From Octopus sinensis (Eukaryota): DNA of 64,000 nucleotides. How positions within the stretch are numbered: position 1 is the first letter of the stretch; the number at the start of each line of letters is the position of its first letter. The translations under genes and the position numbers were made by a program. Below are positions 13,215 to 27,013 of this stretch, in pieces. The notes under the pieces were generated by a model. The model worked only from the letters and a program-made list of their open reading frames with translations. It was not told the DNA's origin and did not search any database. The DNA lies in the NCBI RefSeq assembly GCF_006345805.1, contig NC_043001.1, positions 38,440,001 to 38,504,000 of the forward strand. Direction: 5' to 3'.

Positions 13215-13560
13215 TGACTATATATACTTTGCTTTTCATCCTTTCAGGCTTGATAAATTAAGTACAAGTAAAACACTGGGGTCGATGTAATTGACTAGTC
13301 CCCTCCCCACAAATTTCAGGCCTTGTACCCATAGAAGAAAGGATTATTATTATTATTGGCAGAATTGTTAAGTCACTGAATAAAATGCTCAGCAGCATTC
13401 GTTTATTTTATGTTCTCAGTTCAAATTCATTTGAGATTAACCGTCATCCTTTTGGGGTCGATAAAATAAGTGCCAGTTGAATACAAGGGTTGATGTAATT
13501 GAAAGGCCCCACCCCACAAATCTCAGGCCTTATGCCTATAGCAGAAAGGATTATTATTAT
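13215..13560 (+). mobile_element. Two SINE family A fragments in tandem
   Basis: TTTCATCCTTT..GATAAA..AGTAC..GGGGTCGATGTAATTG blocks repeated, with ATT tails. Confidence 0.75.
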
Positions 13561-13815
13561 GACTGAGACCTTTGGCAATATGCTGTGCTTAAGAAGGCGA
13601 CCCATCAAGCCAAGTGAAATCATGGTCATGGCAGATACTGGTGTCATGCTGCTGGCACCTGTGCTGGTGGTATATAAAAGCATCCATTACACTGTCAGGG
13701 TGGTTGGCGTTAGAAAGGGCATCCAACTGTAAAGACCATGCCAAATCAGAATGGAGTCTGGTGCAGCCCCTCAGCTTACTTGCCAGCATAGACCATGGAC
13801 ATCAAATGATGATGG
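13560..13815 (+). mobile_element. RTE 3' tail fragment
   Basis: Matches the tail at 12290-12689. Confidence 0.75.
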
Positions 13816-13899
13816 CACACATACACATGTATACACACACACACATATGTACATATATAAATACTGATGCTTGTCTTGGATAACAATATAATAGAGTTG

Positions 13900-16060
13900 A
13901 CCACGTATAGACAAAAGGAACCTGCAGACATGCAGCCTATGAATAACAACCAAGACCTATCCAATCTGAACTACCACAAAGCAGATTGGAAATCAGTTGA
14001 GAAAGAGATCACTGAACAGGATTGATCCCTATCTCTCTCTACACCTGACACCAACATGAAATTGAAAACCTTTATGACCATAATGCAAGCCATATACTAT
14101 AATTTTGTCCAGAGAGAAAGGCCACTGCACATAAAAATGAGATTCCCAGTGAGAGAAAAGTTCTTATGAGATGATGAACAAAGATTGCAAACCATCTCAA
14201 TGAAAAATCCTGCCTGGAAATAGCACTGCTGGAGATTGAGAAACATTCGAAATGCTTCCATGAAAAAGAAAGAGCAGACAAAGAAGCCGGGGTTATAAAA
14301 AATATAAAATCAAACCTTAAAGCCTGCTTTAAGTACTCCAAAGAAACTGCCTCTGTGCATTGCAAGGTAGGGTCACACCCCCAAAACGATGTTTCCGGCA
14401 AAGGAAACTTGATGAGGATAGTTGAAACACAGAATAAACAATTCAAAAGTGTCTTAACCCCACCCTTATGACACATGCAAGTTAGCAAACCTGTAGAGTT
14501 CTTTTCCACTACAGATGCAGAAAAGAAGACAGTGACAGTTGATCACATCAACATCAAAGAAGAGGATGTTATACTGGCAATAGATGATGTGAACACAAAC
14601 TCAGCTGCTGGCCCCAATGGATTCCCAGCAATCCTCCTTAAGTCATGTAAGTGAACCCTTGCAAATGGTAAGCTCCCAGACAAAATGAAAGAGGGAATAA
14701 TATCCCCTATTCATAAAGGAGGAAGCAGAGCAGATGCATTCTTGGAAAAGAATGACTTGCTGATCAACACCCAGCATGGTTTTCGACCAGGTTGAAGCTG
14801 CCTGACACAGCTCTTGCAGCACTATGACTAGGTGTTGAAGCAACTGTTCACCAACTCAAAAACGGATGTGATATATCTCTACTTTGCAAAAGCTCTTGAT
14901 AAATTCGACCATGGTATGACATGTCATAAGCTGTGTAATCTTGGCATAGTCAGTAAACTTGGAGAATGTCTACATGCCTTTCTAAAAGATGTACCTTTCT
15001 AAAAAGGTACTGATGGTCAATGGGGCAACCTCCAAAGAAACACAAATAATGCATGGTGTTCTACATGGCACTGTATGGGGGTCACTGATATTCATTGCGG
15101 CCCTTTCAGACATGCTCCCAACTGCTCAGATAGCCACCCTTGCTAGCTATGTAGATGACACAAAACAATCATTCAGAGGATACAGAACCCTGGAAATGTT
15201 GCGCATCTGCAGTGGGAATTGGACACAATATACAAGTGGGTTGAGGAAAATAACATGCAATTTAACGAAGGTAAAATTCTTAGCCCTGCGCTGCCAGCAC
15301 ACGAAGCTTAATGGAAAGCAGACAGGGCACACTGGTCCAGGGTGGATTGCAATTCCTAAACCAAAATCAGTGCACAACCTGCGCATTGACATGTGTAATG
15401 ATGCATCTTTCCATGTACATATTGCTAATTTAGCAATAAAATGCAGACAATTGAATGGATAGATCCTTCAAACTTTCGGAATGAGAGAACAGGAAATTAT
15501 GATAGTCCTCTGATGACATTTCTCCTCAGCCATTTAGATTACTACTCCCCTCTATGGTCACCACACAGTATAAAATTAACGATAGAATTTGAAGCAATCC
15601 AGCAATGCTATGCAAGGGAGATTGTCTCAATATGATATGTCAGCTATTAGGGAAGACTTAAAAGGTTAAGACTCTAATCCTGAGAATAAAGGCAGGAAAG
15701 ATACACAGTAAGATACAACTAGAAAATCCTAAAAGAACTTGTAACAAACTTTGGAATTTTCAATTACACAGCACAATGGGATGGCACTGCATGGTACCAA
15801 AAATACCGAAATTGCCATCAGAATATAGGACCAGATATTGCAACAGTTTGGGCTTCAAAGGCCTACAGCTTTTTTCAGTATATTCCCACAAAGTTTGAGT
15901 GACCTACCTGGTATCTTCAAAACAAAACTGGATCTCCTCTTGTCAAGAGTTCCAGATAGAGTTCAACTCTTGTCAAGAGCTCCAGAACCAACCTCATGGC
16001 AAAAAAATGCAGATGAAAGTAGCAACATCAAACTCCCTCATTCACCAAATTCTACACATC
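13900..16060 (+). mobile_element. CR1/L2-like LINE ORF2, decayed
   Basis: SAAGPNGFPAILLK..QHGFRPG*SCLTQLL..FAKALDKFDHG..GVLHGTVWGSLIF..YVDDTK..LDYYSPLWSP. Confidence 0.85.
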
Positions 16061-16108
16061 AGAAGTTTAGTGAAACTGTAGCAAATCAAATGGTGGTGCC
16101 CAGCATGG

Positions 16109-18000
16109 TCTGGCATCAAAGGGTCTTAAAGTTAACCTAGCTAAGACAAAAGTTATTGTTAGTAAGAAAGAAAATAAAACTCTCTTTCCATCAGGTAAAT
16201 GGCTCTGCTCAATATGTAGGATAGGAGTTTGGAAGAAATTCCATTTGCTGTACCCAGTGTAAATTGTGGACACATAAGATGTGCAATGGAATAATAGGTA
16301 GATTAACATATAAAGTTGTCTTTGTATGTGGCAGATGTGCAGGAACAATAAGCACTCAGTGCACATGGGAATTAGATTCTCTCAAATGCTCAAGAGGCTC
16401 TCTAGAGGGTATAGATAGTTTCTGTTACCTAGGTGACCAAATTAATAATGTTGGATGGAGGATGCTCTGAAAGTAATGTTTCTAGAATAAGAATAGGTGG
16501 AGGAAATTCAAAGAGCTATTACCTCTGTTGGCAACAAAAGGACTCTCCCTCAGTGTGAAAGATAGACTATATGATGCTTGTGTGTGAACGGCTATACTCC
16601 ATGGTAGTGAGGCATGGGCTCTGGATGCAGAAGACATGTGTAGATTGGAGAGAAATGAAATGTAATACACTCTGTTGGATGTGCAACATCAGTGCACATG
16701 TATGGCAAAGTCCAAATGTATTGAGAGAAAAGTTGGGCATAAGAGGAATCAAATACAGCATGCAAGAGAGAAGACTACGTTGGTTTGGACATGTGATGCA
16801 TATGAATGAAGACAGCAGCATAAAGAGGTGCCAATTACTGAAAGTGGATGGCACCCGCAGAAGAGGGAGACCCAGGAACATGTGGGACGAAGTGGTATGG
16901 ACTGATCTCGGGAAGTTGGGCCTCACAGAGGCAATGACAATGGATCAAAATGTCTGGCGATATGAAGTTCTTGAGAAGACCTGCCCACATCAGTGAAACT
17001 GAGTTCTAGAAGTGTTGTGTCTCACGCACACTTAACAAGAAAACTTTTCATACACTCTATCACAACAAACCAAACTACATCTCTACATCTCTTCTCTTCC
17101 TCACATTTCCATTTCATGCACTATACTTACCTCCCACTTCCCAATCCTGTCCTCTTGGCCCTGTACCTCTGTATTATTGCTCTCCGCTTGTCTCCGACCT
17201 GCATGTTCTATGCACACAGTCTGTCTAACTGTACTATTGTTATCTGCTAGCCCCTGACCTGTGTCCCACCCACACATAAAAAGAAATCTTTTCACTCACC
17301 CTCCCACACCAAACAAATCTACATCTCCACATCTCTTTCTCATATTTCCTCCTTCACACACTATGCCTAGCTCTCACTTTCCTATCCTGTCCTCACGGTT
17401 TTGTTCCTCTGTATCATTGCTATCCAGTAGCCCCCCACACTAACTCTATATATACCCAGGTTTTTCACCACTTGCTTGTACTCCTTGATCACAATTCCTT
17501 TGCAATATCTTGTTACTTATATTATGGCATTTGAACTCCAAGATTATGCCCTGGCACTTGCCACCATCTATATCTCCCTCTTCCTTTACTCAACCATCCC
17601 ATTTATATACTGATCCCTGTTCCTTGTTAGTATGCCTGGAATTTTGCCACCATCTCTAACCTACTGTCTCTCACTCCCTCTCTCTCCTTCTGCACTTCCT
17701 TCAGGTAACCATATATTTCCTTTGCGGTAGCTCACCTGCTACTGTCTTCATTCCTGATCTTTCTCTCTCCAGCCAGGTAACCTTGAACTTCCTCTACAGC
17801 AAGACACCTGTCAGTGCAGGAGCCACTTAAAAGCACCCAGTCCACACTGTAAAGTGGTTGGTGTTCAGAAGGGCATGCAGCTGTAAAAATCCTGCCAAAA
17901 CAGTCGTAGGAGTCTGGTGCAGACTTCTGCCTGGCTGGCTCTTCTGAAACCATCCTATCCATGCTAGCACAAAAACAATGATGACGTTAAACAATGATGA
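16109..18000 (+). mobile_element. RTE LINE 3' part with a long 3' UTR
   Basis: GLKVNLAKTK..RRLRWFGHVMHM..GRPRNMWDEVV; RTE tail ending GTTAAACAATGATGA. Confidence 0.85.
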
Positions 18001-18011
18001 TATATATATTC

Positions 18012-18175
18012 TTTTATTCGTTTCAGTCATTTGACTGTGGCCATGCTGCAGCACCGCCTTTAGTGGAACAAATCAACCCCAGGACTCATTCTTTGTATGT
18101 TTAGTACATATGCCATTGGTTTCTTTGGTCAAACTGCTAAGTTATGGGGATGTAAACACACCAGCATCAGATGGT
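18012..18175 (-). mobile_element. SINE family C 3' fragment
   Basis: Reverse complement of the 3' part of 23112-23519. Confidence 0.7.
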
Positions 18176-18189
18176 GGGGGTGGGAGCTT

Positions 18190-20251
18190 TTCCATCAGAC
18201 ATTGACCAATAAAGCAATGAAACCTTCACACTTGAAGTATCACTTTGATGCAAAGCATTCTGACAAGAAGGACAAGCCATAAAAATACTTTTTGCAACAG
18301 AGTTCCTCTTTCAAAATGTAAATACTGACATTGAACATGCTACTCCAGGAAACTAGTAAACAGGAGAATGATGGTTTGATTGCATCATACAACATTGAAT
18401 TGCTTGTTGCTAAGTCTGGGAAGTTTCATACAATTGGAGAAACACTACTTCACCCAGTTATTGAAGAGGTTTTGTCAACCATTATACACGAGAAACCTGA
18501 TAACATTATGAAGAAGATCCTACTTAGTAATAACACGATTTCTTGAAGCATCAATAAAATGGCCAATGATGTCAAACACCAACTCATTAATATTCTCTAG
18601 CGTCCTGAATTTTCTATACAAATGGCTGAGTCAACTGTTGTGGACAATCAATGTTTGATGATGGTATATGTTTGGTATTTCAGCAAAGACCTTCAACCTT
18701 GTGAGGAAATGCTGTTCGCAGGGAAATTGTCACTTGATTCAAGAGGTGCAGCTATTTTTCACACTCTCAAGTCCTTCCTTTTTGAATGTAATATTCCACT
18801 CAGTAATCTTCTTGCCTGTGCGTTTGATAGAGCCCCTTCGATGATAGGAAAATACAGAGGATTTTCATCTCTCCTAAAGCGTGAAATTTCCCACCAGATA
18901 CTAGCTCTGTTCATTGCTTGGCACACCGGCAGCATTTAGTGGCAAAAAATATGGATAGTAGATTTAATGATGTGCAAAGTTAGTTATCAAGACTGTGAAC
19001 AAGCCGAAGTCCAGTCCCTTGTCTGATCGAATTTTCCACCAACTCTGTCAAAGAAATGATGAGGACCATTCTAAACTCTTATACTATACCGAAGTGTGGT
19101 GGCTGTCAAAAGGAAACTGTGTTTTATGCTTTGTTGAACTGTTTCATATAATCACAGCTTTCTTTGAAACTACTCCACAATCTGCTTCATTGATGGCTGC
19201 AAGGTGCGATATCTATTTTCTTTGTGATATATTCACAAAATTAAATGATTTGAATAAGTTTTTGCAAGGAAACAGAAAAACTCTCATTGACTGTAAATCA
19301 TTTATCACTTCCTTCATTTCGAAATTGATGTTGTATAAAACTAACCTTTCAAAGCGTCAGTTCCATCAATTTCCACAACTTGATTCTTTGAAAGATGTAT
19401 TAGTTGACGAGGATTTAGCTACATATCGCAGCTATTTACAATCATTGCACAATAACATGGGGGAATGATTTCAAGATGTTATTGTGATGAATATTCCAAA
19501 TTGGTATAGCAATCCATTTGAGGTCGATACAGTCGATTGCGAGGATGACATTCAGTAGAAATTGATAGAATTACAAAATGACAATGATGCCACAATACAG
19601 TATCACTGTAATGGCAGAGAAGGTTTGTGGTACCATCAGAGTATATTGAATTCCTACCCCAGTCAGTGGAAACATCTGAAATTACTTTTGCTTGCCTTCC
19701 CTACCTCATACAGGGTTGAATCTGGTTTTAACCATGCTGGATATTTACTTTCCCCATAAAAGAATTGAACTGGATGTAACAATGAGGAGACTTGCGACTA
19801 AACCTGACAAGTTTGAAACCAAAAGTATCTTCACTAGTTGCATCGCACCAGACACATAGTTCTCATTAAAAAGTTGTACTCTTTTCCTTTATCATATAAT
19901 CATTAATTATTTTTGCATTGGTAGTTCTAATCAATGGTTCATTCGGAGAAAATGAAAATCAGTGTAACAGAAAGAGCAAGTTTCCATGAGTTAATCTGTC
20001 TGAAAATTATAGAGTTAATGTTAGTCTTTTATTGAAACTATGGCAAAAATAATCCTGCATACTTAGTACAAACGGCACTAACAGAGCAATGAGTTTACGA
20101 TATAGTGTGTGTGTCAAATGATATGGGGAGGAGGGGATTTTGTGTTGTTGGGGTTGTGTCAGGGTTATTTCACACAGGAGGGCGATGGAGCATTTTTCAG
20201 TCGAGAGGTGGGCGATGTTGCAATTTGGTGCGAAAAGTTTGAGAAACACTG
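18190..20251 (+). mobile_element. hAT transposon (Charlie/Buster, ZBED5-like transposase), decayed
   Basis: MKPSHLKYHF..TIGETLL..LSNNTI..FDRAPSMIGKYRGF..TEVWWLSKG..FPTSYRVESGF; right TIR AAAGTTTGAGAAACACTG ends at 20251; no left TIR seen. Confidence 0.9.
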
Positions 20252-20475
20252 AGTTAAATAAATGAAGAGAATGATAGATGATTAAAAAGTGAGAGAATTT
20301 CTTAGCTTATGGGCTGGACATCATACGTCATGATATGAGGGTGTCAGATAGCACAGCAAGAAAGACAGGTTTAGGAGGAAAGCCATGTGTTTTATAGGCT
20401 ACAGGCCAAGTGTGGTTGGCTTCATCACAAGGGAATCAAAAAAGCAGCAATGGACAATTATGAAATGGAAGGAAA

Positions 20476-21570
20476 CATCATCATCATCATCGTTTAACGT
20501 CCATTTTCCATGCTAGCATGGGTTGGACGGTTCAACTGGGGTCTGGGAAGCCAGAAGGCTGTGCCAGGCCCAGTCTGATCTGGCAGTGTTTCTACAGCTG
20601 GATGCCCTTCCTAACGGCAACCACTCCATGAGTGTAGTTGGTGCTTTTTATGTGCCACCTGCACAGGTGCCAGACGAGACTGGCAAACAGCTACGATCGG
20701 ATGGTGCTTTTTATGTGCCACCGGCACGGGGGCCAGATGAGGCTGGCAACGGCCACAATCGGATGGTGCTTTTTATGTGCCACCAGCATGGAGACCAGTC
20801 AGGGCAGCGCTGGCAACGGCCATGTTTGGATGGTTCTCTTACATGCCATCGGCACTGGTATCACAGCTACAATTTCCATTGATGTTGATCGATTTCGATT
20901 TTGATTTTGATTTTCACTTGCCTCAACAGGTCTTCACAAGTAGGGTTTCTGTCACAAGAAGGAAAGGTATGCATAAGTGGGCTGGCTACGTCCCAGGTAG
21001 AGGCCATGTGTTATGGTCTCACTTGTCCTGCTAGGTCTTCCCATGCACAGCATACTTCCAAAGGTCTTGGTCTCTGGTCATTTCCTCGGTGAGACCTAAA
21101 GTTCGAAGGTCGTGCTTCACCACCTTGTCCCAGGTTTTCCTAGGTCTGCCTCTTCCACAGGTTCCCTCGACCGCTAGGGTGTGGAACTTTTTCACACAAC
21201 TATCTTCATCCATTCTCGCTACATGACCATACCAGCACAAACGTCTTTCTTGTACACCACAACTGATGCTTCTTAGGTCCAACTTTTCTCTCAAGGTACT
21301 TACACTCTGTTGAGTATGAACACAGACATTACACATCCATTGGAGCATACTGGCTTCATTTCTTGTGAGCTTACGCATATCCTCAGCAGTCACGGCCCAA
21401 GTTTCACTGCCATGTAGCATGGCTGTTCGTACACATGCGTCATACAGTCTGCCTTTTACTCTGAGCGAGAGGCCTTTTGTCACCAGCAGAGGTAAGAGCT
21501 CTCTGAACTTTGCTCAGACCATTCTTACTCTAGCAGTTACACTTTCAGCACACCCGACCCCACTTTGCCA
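20476..21570 (-). mobile_element. RTE LINE 3' end
   Basis: ORF 21031-21483 KGRLYDACVRTAMLHGSETW..GRPRKTW; (ATC)n tail at ~20476. Confidence 0.92.
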
Positions 21571-21615
21571 ATATATATAAACACATAAGCACACATACCT
21601 GTATGTATGCACATA

Positions 21616-22060
21616 TCTTATATATTAAAAGGCAAGTTGTCTGTCTGTGTGTTGTGTGAACCACTTCTACTCCTACAATTTTCAACCAAATTTCACCAAA
21701 TTTGACATGTGTACTCTCTTTGACTTAGGACACTTTTTCTTATAATTTTTTCCCCGAAATTCCGTGCTCCCAACATAAATAAACCACTCTCAATTCACCT
21801 AAGATATGAACCCACCATGTCTATGCAATGGTAAGTGTACAATTTTCAGTGCTTCTTTAGAAGTGCACCTCTCCAAGAAAATGATGCTTAATTTCTAGAA
21901 AAATCATGAAAATGGGAAATATATCCAAAATAAATGAAGTATGCAAAAAATTAGGAAGATTCCTCTATTTTTAAATATTTTATACTAAAAAATAAAACAC
22001 GGAAAATGGACACTCACAAATATAAATAAACATGTTGGCGATACAAGGGGTAGTAACTTG
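21616..22060 (+). mobile_element. Non-autonomous Helitron-like element
   Basis: A|TC start, TATATTAAAA..GTCTGTCTGTG tract, 3' end CTTG|T (CTRR-like). Confidence 0.55.
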
Positions 22061-22990
22061 TATATATAAAATTAAGAATGTGCGTCTATCTGTCTGTCTG
22101 TGTGAATCCCTAAAACTAGAGAACTACACAATCGATTTCATTCAAATTTTACACATGCCTTACTTAGGGTCTATGCAGTGTCAAAGGCGAAAAAAGTTTC
22201 AACTTCTTGCCTAATGCGAACCTAGAGCAATGTCCAATCTCTTATACTATTTCAGTATTACGTCTCCATTGTTATGTGAGATAATACTTGCAGATTGAAA
22301 GAAGTCTGTCCTATATATATATATATTCCTTGTGCATTCCAAAACGAAGTTACTGATTTTGATGTATGGAGTATCAAAAGATTCAGTACTATTTCAACTA
22401 CAAATTAAACTTAATTTCCATTCACATATTTGCATTTCAAAAATTTAACAGTGTAATCTTTTCCATAAATCAACTATCGTAAACATTTTATACGATGATG
22501 TCACATGTTCTATATGTGTGTGTACCTTAAAAGACATCAATCTTCACGACACACACCTTCACTCACTCACTCTCTCTCTCTCTCTCTCTAACACACACAC
22601 GTCCATTTCATATACATGTACATACATCTTTCACTTTCTCTCTGTTTTTTGCTTTCTCTTCTTTCAATTTTGGCTCTCTTCAAATAGATTTTTATGGAAT
22701 GAGTGAGAAAATGAGAAAATGAGCCACCACAGCAGAATGAAGATAGTTAAACATGAATTTATGCCAACGTCAAAGTTCAAAGGCAAGTCTATAACCTCAT
22801 TGGTTCCCTGTTACCCACAAATGAACAACTACAGTTCTTCAAATTTACTTTATGAGTGATGTAGGACAAGAAACCCAAAGGTGTCAAAATTTCAGGTGAT
22901 GGGTCGTGTTAGACACAGCACTGACTGCTGCAAAGGTGAGTGTATCCACTGACAGCTTTTCGGTGTGTTCAAAATTCACATAAACCCCAG
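22061..22990 (+). mobile_element. Helitron 5' part with a Rep/helicase N-terminal fragment
   Basis: 5' block matches 30403-30640; 22757-22820 reads FMP-FKVQRQVYNLIGSLLP-like (Helitron N-domain); 22887-22985 matches 28626-28720. Confidence 0.65.
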
Positions 22991-23049
22991 CCCCAATTAT
23001 ATTGTTCAGACTATTATGGCTGTTGGTTGGTAGTGGTCATTAAGGAGTT

Positions 23050-23080
23050 GATAACTAGTCCAGGAACCTTTTGATACCGC

Positions 23081-23085
<5 letters not shown>
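23050..23085. mobile_element. Mariner-like terminal inverted repeat remnant
   Basis: Reverse complement TATGAGGCGGTATCAAAAGGTTCCTGGACTAG resembles a mariner TIR next to TA. Confidence 0.4.
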
Positions 23086-23111
<26 letters not shown>

Positions 23112-23114
<3 letters not shown>

Positions 23115-23519
23115 CAGGAGTGGCTGTGTGGTAAGTAGCTTGCTAACCAACCACATGGCTCCGGGTTCAGTCCCACTGCGTGGCATCTTGGGCAAGTGTC
23201 TTCTGCTATAGCCCCGGGCCGACCAATGCCTTGTGAGTGGATTTGGTAGACGGAAACTGACAGAAGCCTGTCGTATATATGTATATATATATATGTGTGT
23301 GTATGTGTGTGTGTTTGTGTGTTTGTCCCCCTCGCATTGCTTGACAACCGATGCTGGTGTGTTTACGTCCCCGTCACTTAGCGGTTCGGCAAAAGAGACC
23401 GATAGAATAAGTACTGGGCTTACAAAGAATAAGTCCCGGGGTCGATTTGCTCGACTAAAGGCGGTGCTCCAGCATGGCCGCAGTCAAATGACTGAAACAA
23501 GTAAAAGATAAAAAGATAG
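23112..23519 (+). mobile_element. tRNA-derived SINE, family C, near full length
   Basis: GTGGCTGTGTGGTAAG A box, GGTTCAGTCCC B box, CTTGGGCAAG central block, internal (TA/TG)n, AAAAGAT tail. Confidence 0.88.
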
Positions 23520-23809
23520 AAGAAACCTCTAACTCTCTTCCAAGAGGTTGTGAATCCAACCAACTGAGGGATAATATCTATCCAATATACTGGTGATATA
23601 TTTTTGCCTAATTTATTGTTTATGTTGTCAGTTATCCATTAACCAACCATAACAAAGTCATGGCCTTTCAAAACAATAAATGACCAATTAGATTACCCAC
23701 TCCTCTCTTCCTGCAGGATTTCAGCTAATATCACAGGTATTAATATAAACTCTAACCCACATATTGTGGACCGTTACCTCTAGCCCTCAATAGGGCTATA
23801 TATACATCT

Positions 23810-23841
<32 letters not shown>

Positions 23842-24111
23842 GTATTCCTCATTTATGTACCTTTTCATTCCAACATAACTACAATAATCTTAAGATATAT
23901 TGATTATTTAAATTTCACTTTTATTTCTCTTTTGATAATTTTTCTTTCCTCTGTTTATACTTTATCTAATAACAGTAATGTAATATATCTAATAATAATA
24001 ATAATTGATTCCCATTTTTGCATATACATAGACATATAAAGGTATAGATAAGTATTTATGTATATTTATGTATATGTAAAAGTGTGTATATACGTATGTA
24101 TTTATATTTCT

Positions 24112-24190
24112 AAAGTCTCTGACGAAGACCAGAGACAACCAAGTACCATAATCTTATCTACCAAATACTTCACTGAAACAGCTAAGATAC
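24112..24190 (+). ncRNA. Degenerate type-I hammerhead motif
   Basis: AGTCT-CTGACGA..GAAAC-AGCT-[GT missing]-A-AGATACT; lies upstream of a Penelope endonuclease fragment. Confidence 0.4.
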
Positions 24191-24387
24191 TATTCTACTT
24201 TCTATGCTCTACGTTACATATTTTAATAATTACTGGTAGTTTTATATTTTATATATTATATATGTAAAATATATGTTATACATGTATGTATATTGTTATA
24301 ACTGTTATTTTAAATAATTAAATAGACATAATATAATGTCTAAAATTTGATGAATACCACTTCCTGATCCCCTCCATTTTGTTATTG

Positions 24388-24490
<103 letters not shown>

Positions 24491-24499
24491 ATATATATA

Positions 24500-24720
24500 T
24501 ATCAACATTCCTATCCAATATGACACAGAGAAGGAAGAGTAAGCAGATAATATGGAACATTACCAAAGCCAATAGATACTTGGTTAAGGGCACCAAATGT
24601 ACACTTCGCATTACTGAAAAGCTAAACTTTGTCCAATCAAAAAAATATCTTAAACATTAGGGATGGAGGCTTCACTCCCTGCATGCATAACCAATATTCT
24701 TCACTCTGACATTTCAAAGA
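24500..24720 (+). mobile_element. Penelope GIY-YIG C-terminal fragment
   Basis: [29 protein letters not shown] resembles PLE endonuclease C-termini. Confidence 0.5.
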
Positions 24721-24803
24721 GGAGCCACTCATTCTGTTGATTTAACCAGGATAGGTTTTCCTCGGAATATGAACAGTAAATATATACATCATATGATCTT
24801 TAC

Positions 24804-26330
24804 ACATAGAAGATACATGCCCTCATGTCAGCCAAACAGTGAACATGTATATTCTATCTCCCCTAACTCTAACGATGAAAACTGCAAGCATCTTGGAATC
24901 CATGAGAATGTTGCACACATTGTATACGGAATAACAAAAGAGTACTTCAGCAGGCTTCAGAGCTGTCTGCATTTAGCAAGATCGTATCTCACCATGCCTA
25001 TACAGTGATAGTGTTAATACTAACATTTGAGATACTGAACCGGAAACTTTACAAGATCTGCAACCAGGACATCTAAACTAAAAAGGTACTGACCATCACT
25101 GTTAACTTCCTCAGTAGCAGTGACACTCATAGGATTTATGTGGGACAAAAAATGTTGGTAGATGGATAAGGTCAGTACAAACCGCCTTTGAATGTCACAG
25201 ACAACATCTGCTGAATGGTAAAGAAAGAAATGGATACACTCCATGCATACTCAAAAGTTAAAGAATCTTCAGTGCTGGAGTGAAACTGTGCAGCTACTCT
25301 GAGAATATTACTGTCTCATGCAACCCAAAGATTGGACTGACTATCTAAACAGAAGCTTGGAGGTGAAGTAGGCATCATACTAGCAAAACCAATGCATGAG
25401 TACATAAAACTAGAGGATAACAGCAATGACATTAACAGTGACCTCTCTTGGACCTGTGATTTGATACATTACATTCCACCTGGAAGGGGATGCCTTTGCT
25501 ATCCAGGAACCTGCTAACAAAAGAGTGGAAATTACCACCAAATTTCTGTGTCCCGATAGAAAATGTTGGCTTTGCTATACGAGTGTTGAAAATTTTACCT
25601 ATATCAGCAGCAGCTACCCCAAAACATCTACGAAATATTACCTACCCTTGAGATAAGATATAGTGGCAAAGACTATTTACAATGCTACCTGTAGGAAGGA
25701 TTGTCCGACATATACATCATAGCATGTCAGAACCAGTATGTATTCACGCCTTTAAAAACAAAGAATACTAGTGGAAAGCTCCAATAGAAACTGCAGTTCG
25801 GTGCAGACATAATAGACCTGGTGTGACAGGGAACAAAAGTCATGTCCTGCTGTAGAGATAAGTTACCCAGCAGATGTAAATTTAGATCAAATGTTCAGGG
25901 AAAAGTTAACATTTATGGTGTACTAAAGCAGAACTTACAGCTCTTGTACTCTGACTATGAATTCCCGTTTATACCTATTACCGTAGGTGCATTAGGTTAT
26001 GTACCTGCAAATTTACACAAAAACCTAGAAATACTAAGTTTCTTTTTTTAGGAATGAGCGAAGGAAAGTGACATGGATTCTCTAAATTTAATCTATGAGC
26101 TGTACAGTAAAAATTTATAAGACATTCCAAAGATTCTCCATCTGAGATTCATCGAGAGTTTAACCGACATATGCTTTCAACCACATATTTACTAATACTG
26201 GAAATTCTTTTCAATCAAAATTCTTTTTGTTCTGTTAGCGACCGGCTTCAACTTCCTTGAGATGAACGTAAATAAAACTCAAAGGAAAACAAACAGTCGG
26301 TCTTCCATTAGTCGCATATTATGATGTGGA
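24804..26330 (+). mobile_element. R4/Dong-clade LINE 3' part (RT C-terminus plus REL endonuclease), decayed
   Basis: KHLGIHEN..ELSAFSK..TRKVLT..NRP..SCP..KVNIYGVL..FIPITVGALG. Confidence 0.75.
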
Positions 26331-26419
26331 CAAAGGGAGATCACTCCAACAGCAATGAGACTAGAAATGAAAAGAATGACGATCTAAGGGAAGTAATTCA
26401 AGGAAGTTGTACTCGGATT

Positions 26420-26622
26420 TTTCTACTCTTGGCACAAGGCGCAACGGGATGGAGCCAGTCGATTAGTTCGACTTCAGTATGCAACTGGTACTTAATTTAT
26501 CGACCCCGAAGGGATGAAAGGCAAAGTCGACCTCGGAGAGATTTGAACTCAAAATGTAAAGACAGACGAAATACTGCTATGCATTTCACCCAGCGTGCTA
26601 ACGTTTTCTGCCAGCTCGCCCC
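26420..26622 (-). mobile_element. SINE family A (inside arm A; mirror copy ~40985-41190)
   Basis: GGTACTTAATTTATCGACCCCG..GTCGACCTCGGAG..GCTAACGTTTTCTGCCAGCTCG. Confidence 0.88.
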
Positions 26623-26908
26623 CTTAAGATGTACCCGGATCGCAATATCTTTGTGCTCAGCTTCCTAGTTTGCAAAGATCTATCTATTATGTATTCACAT
26701 ACCTAGTTCACGTGTTAATCGTGTGGATTAAACAAAGTTCACTTGGATTAATACGTACAGAAAGTGCATACTTGTCTTCAAAAACAATTGCTGGTAATAT
26801 TTCTTACAGTAAAACTTGTAAATGAAACGTAAAGAATAAATTATAGAAATGAAGAATATAAAAGAAAATTTGTGCACATCAGCGCATGGGACCGCTACCT
26901 CTTATGGT

Positions 26909-26976
<68 letters not shown>

Positions 26977-27013
26977 AATATCTCCTAAGTTACAAAAACT
27001 ACTACACTAACTA

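Noticed and set aside
20620-20860. Repeat-spacer pattern as a CRISPR array
   Set aside because: Eukaryotic LINE 3' UTR with diverged tandem units; no cas genes.
23112-23185. SINE heads as tRNA genes
   Set aside because: No closed cloverleaf; they run on into SINE bodies.
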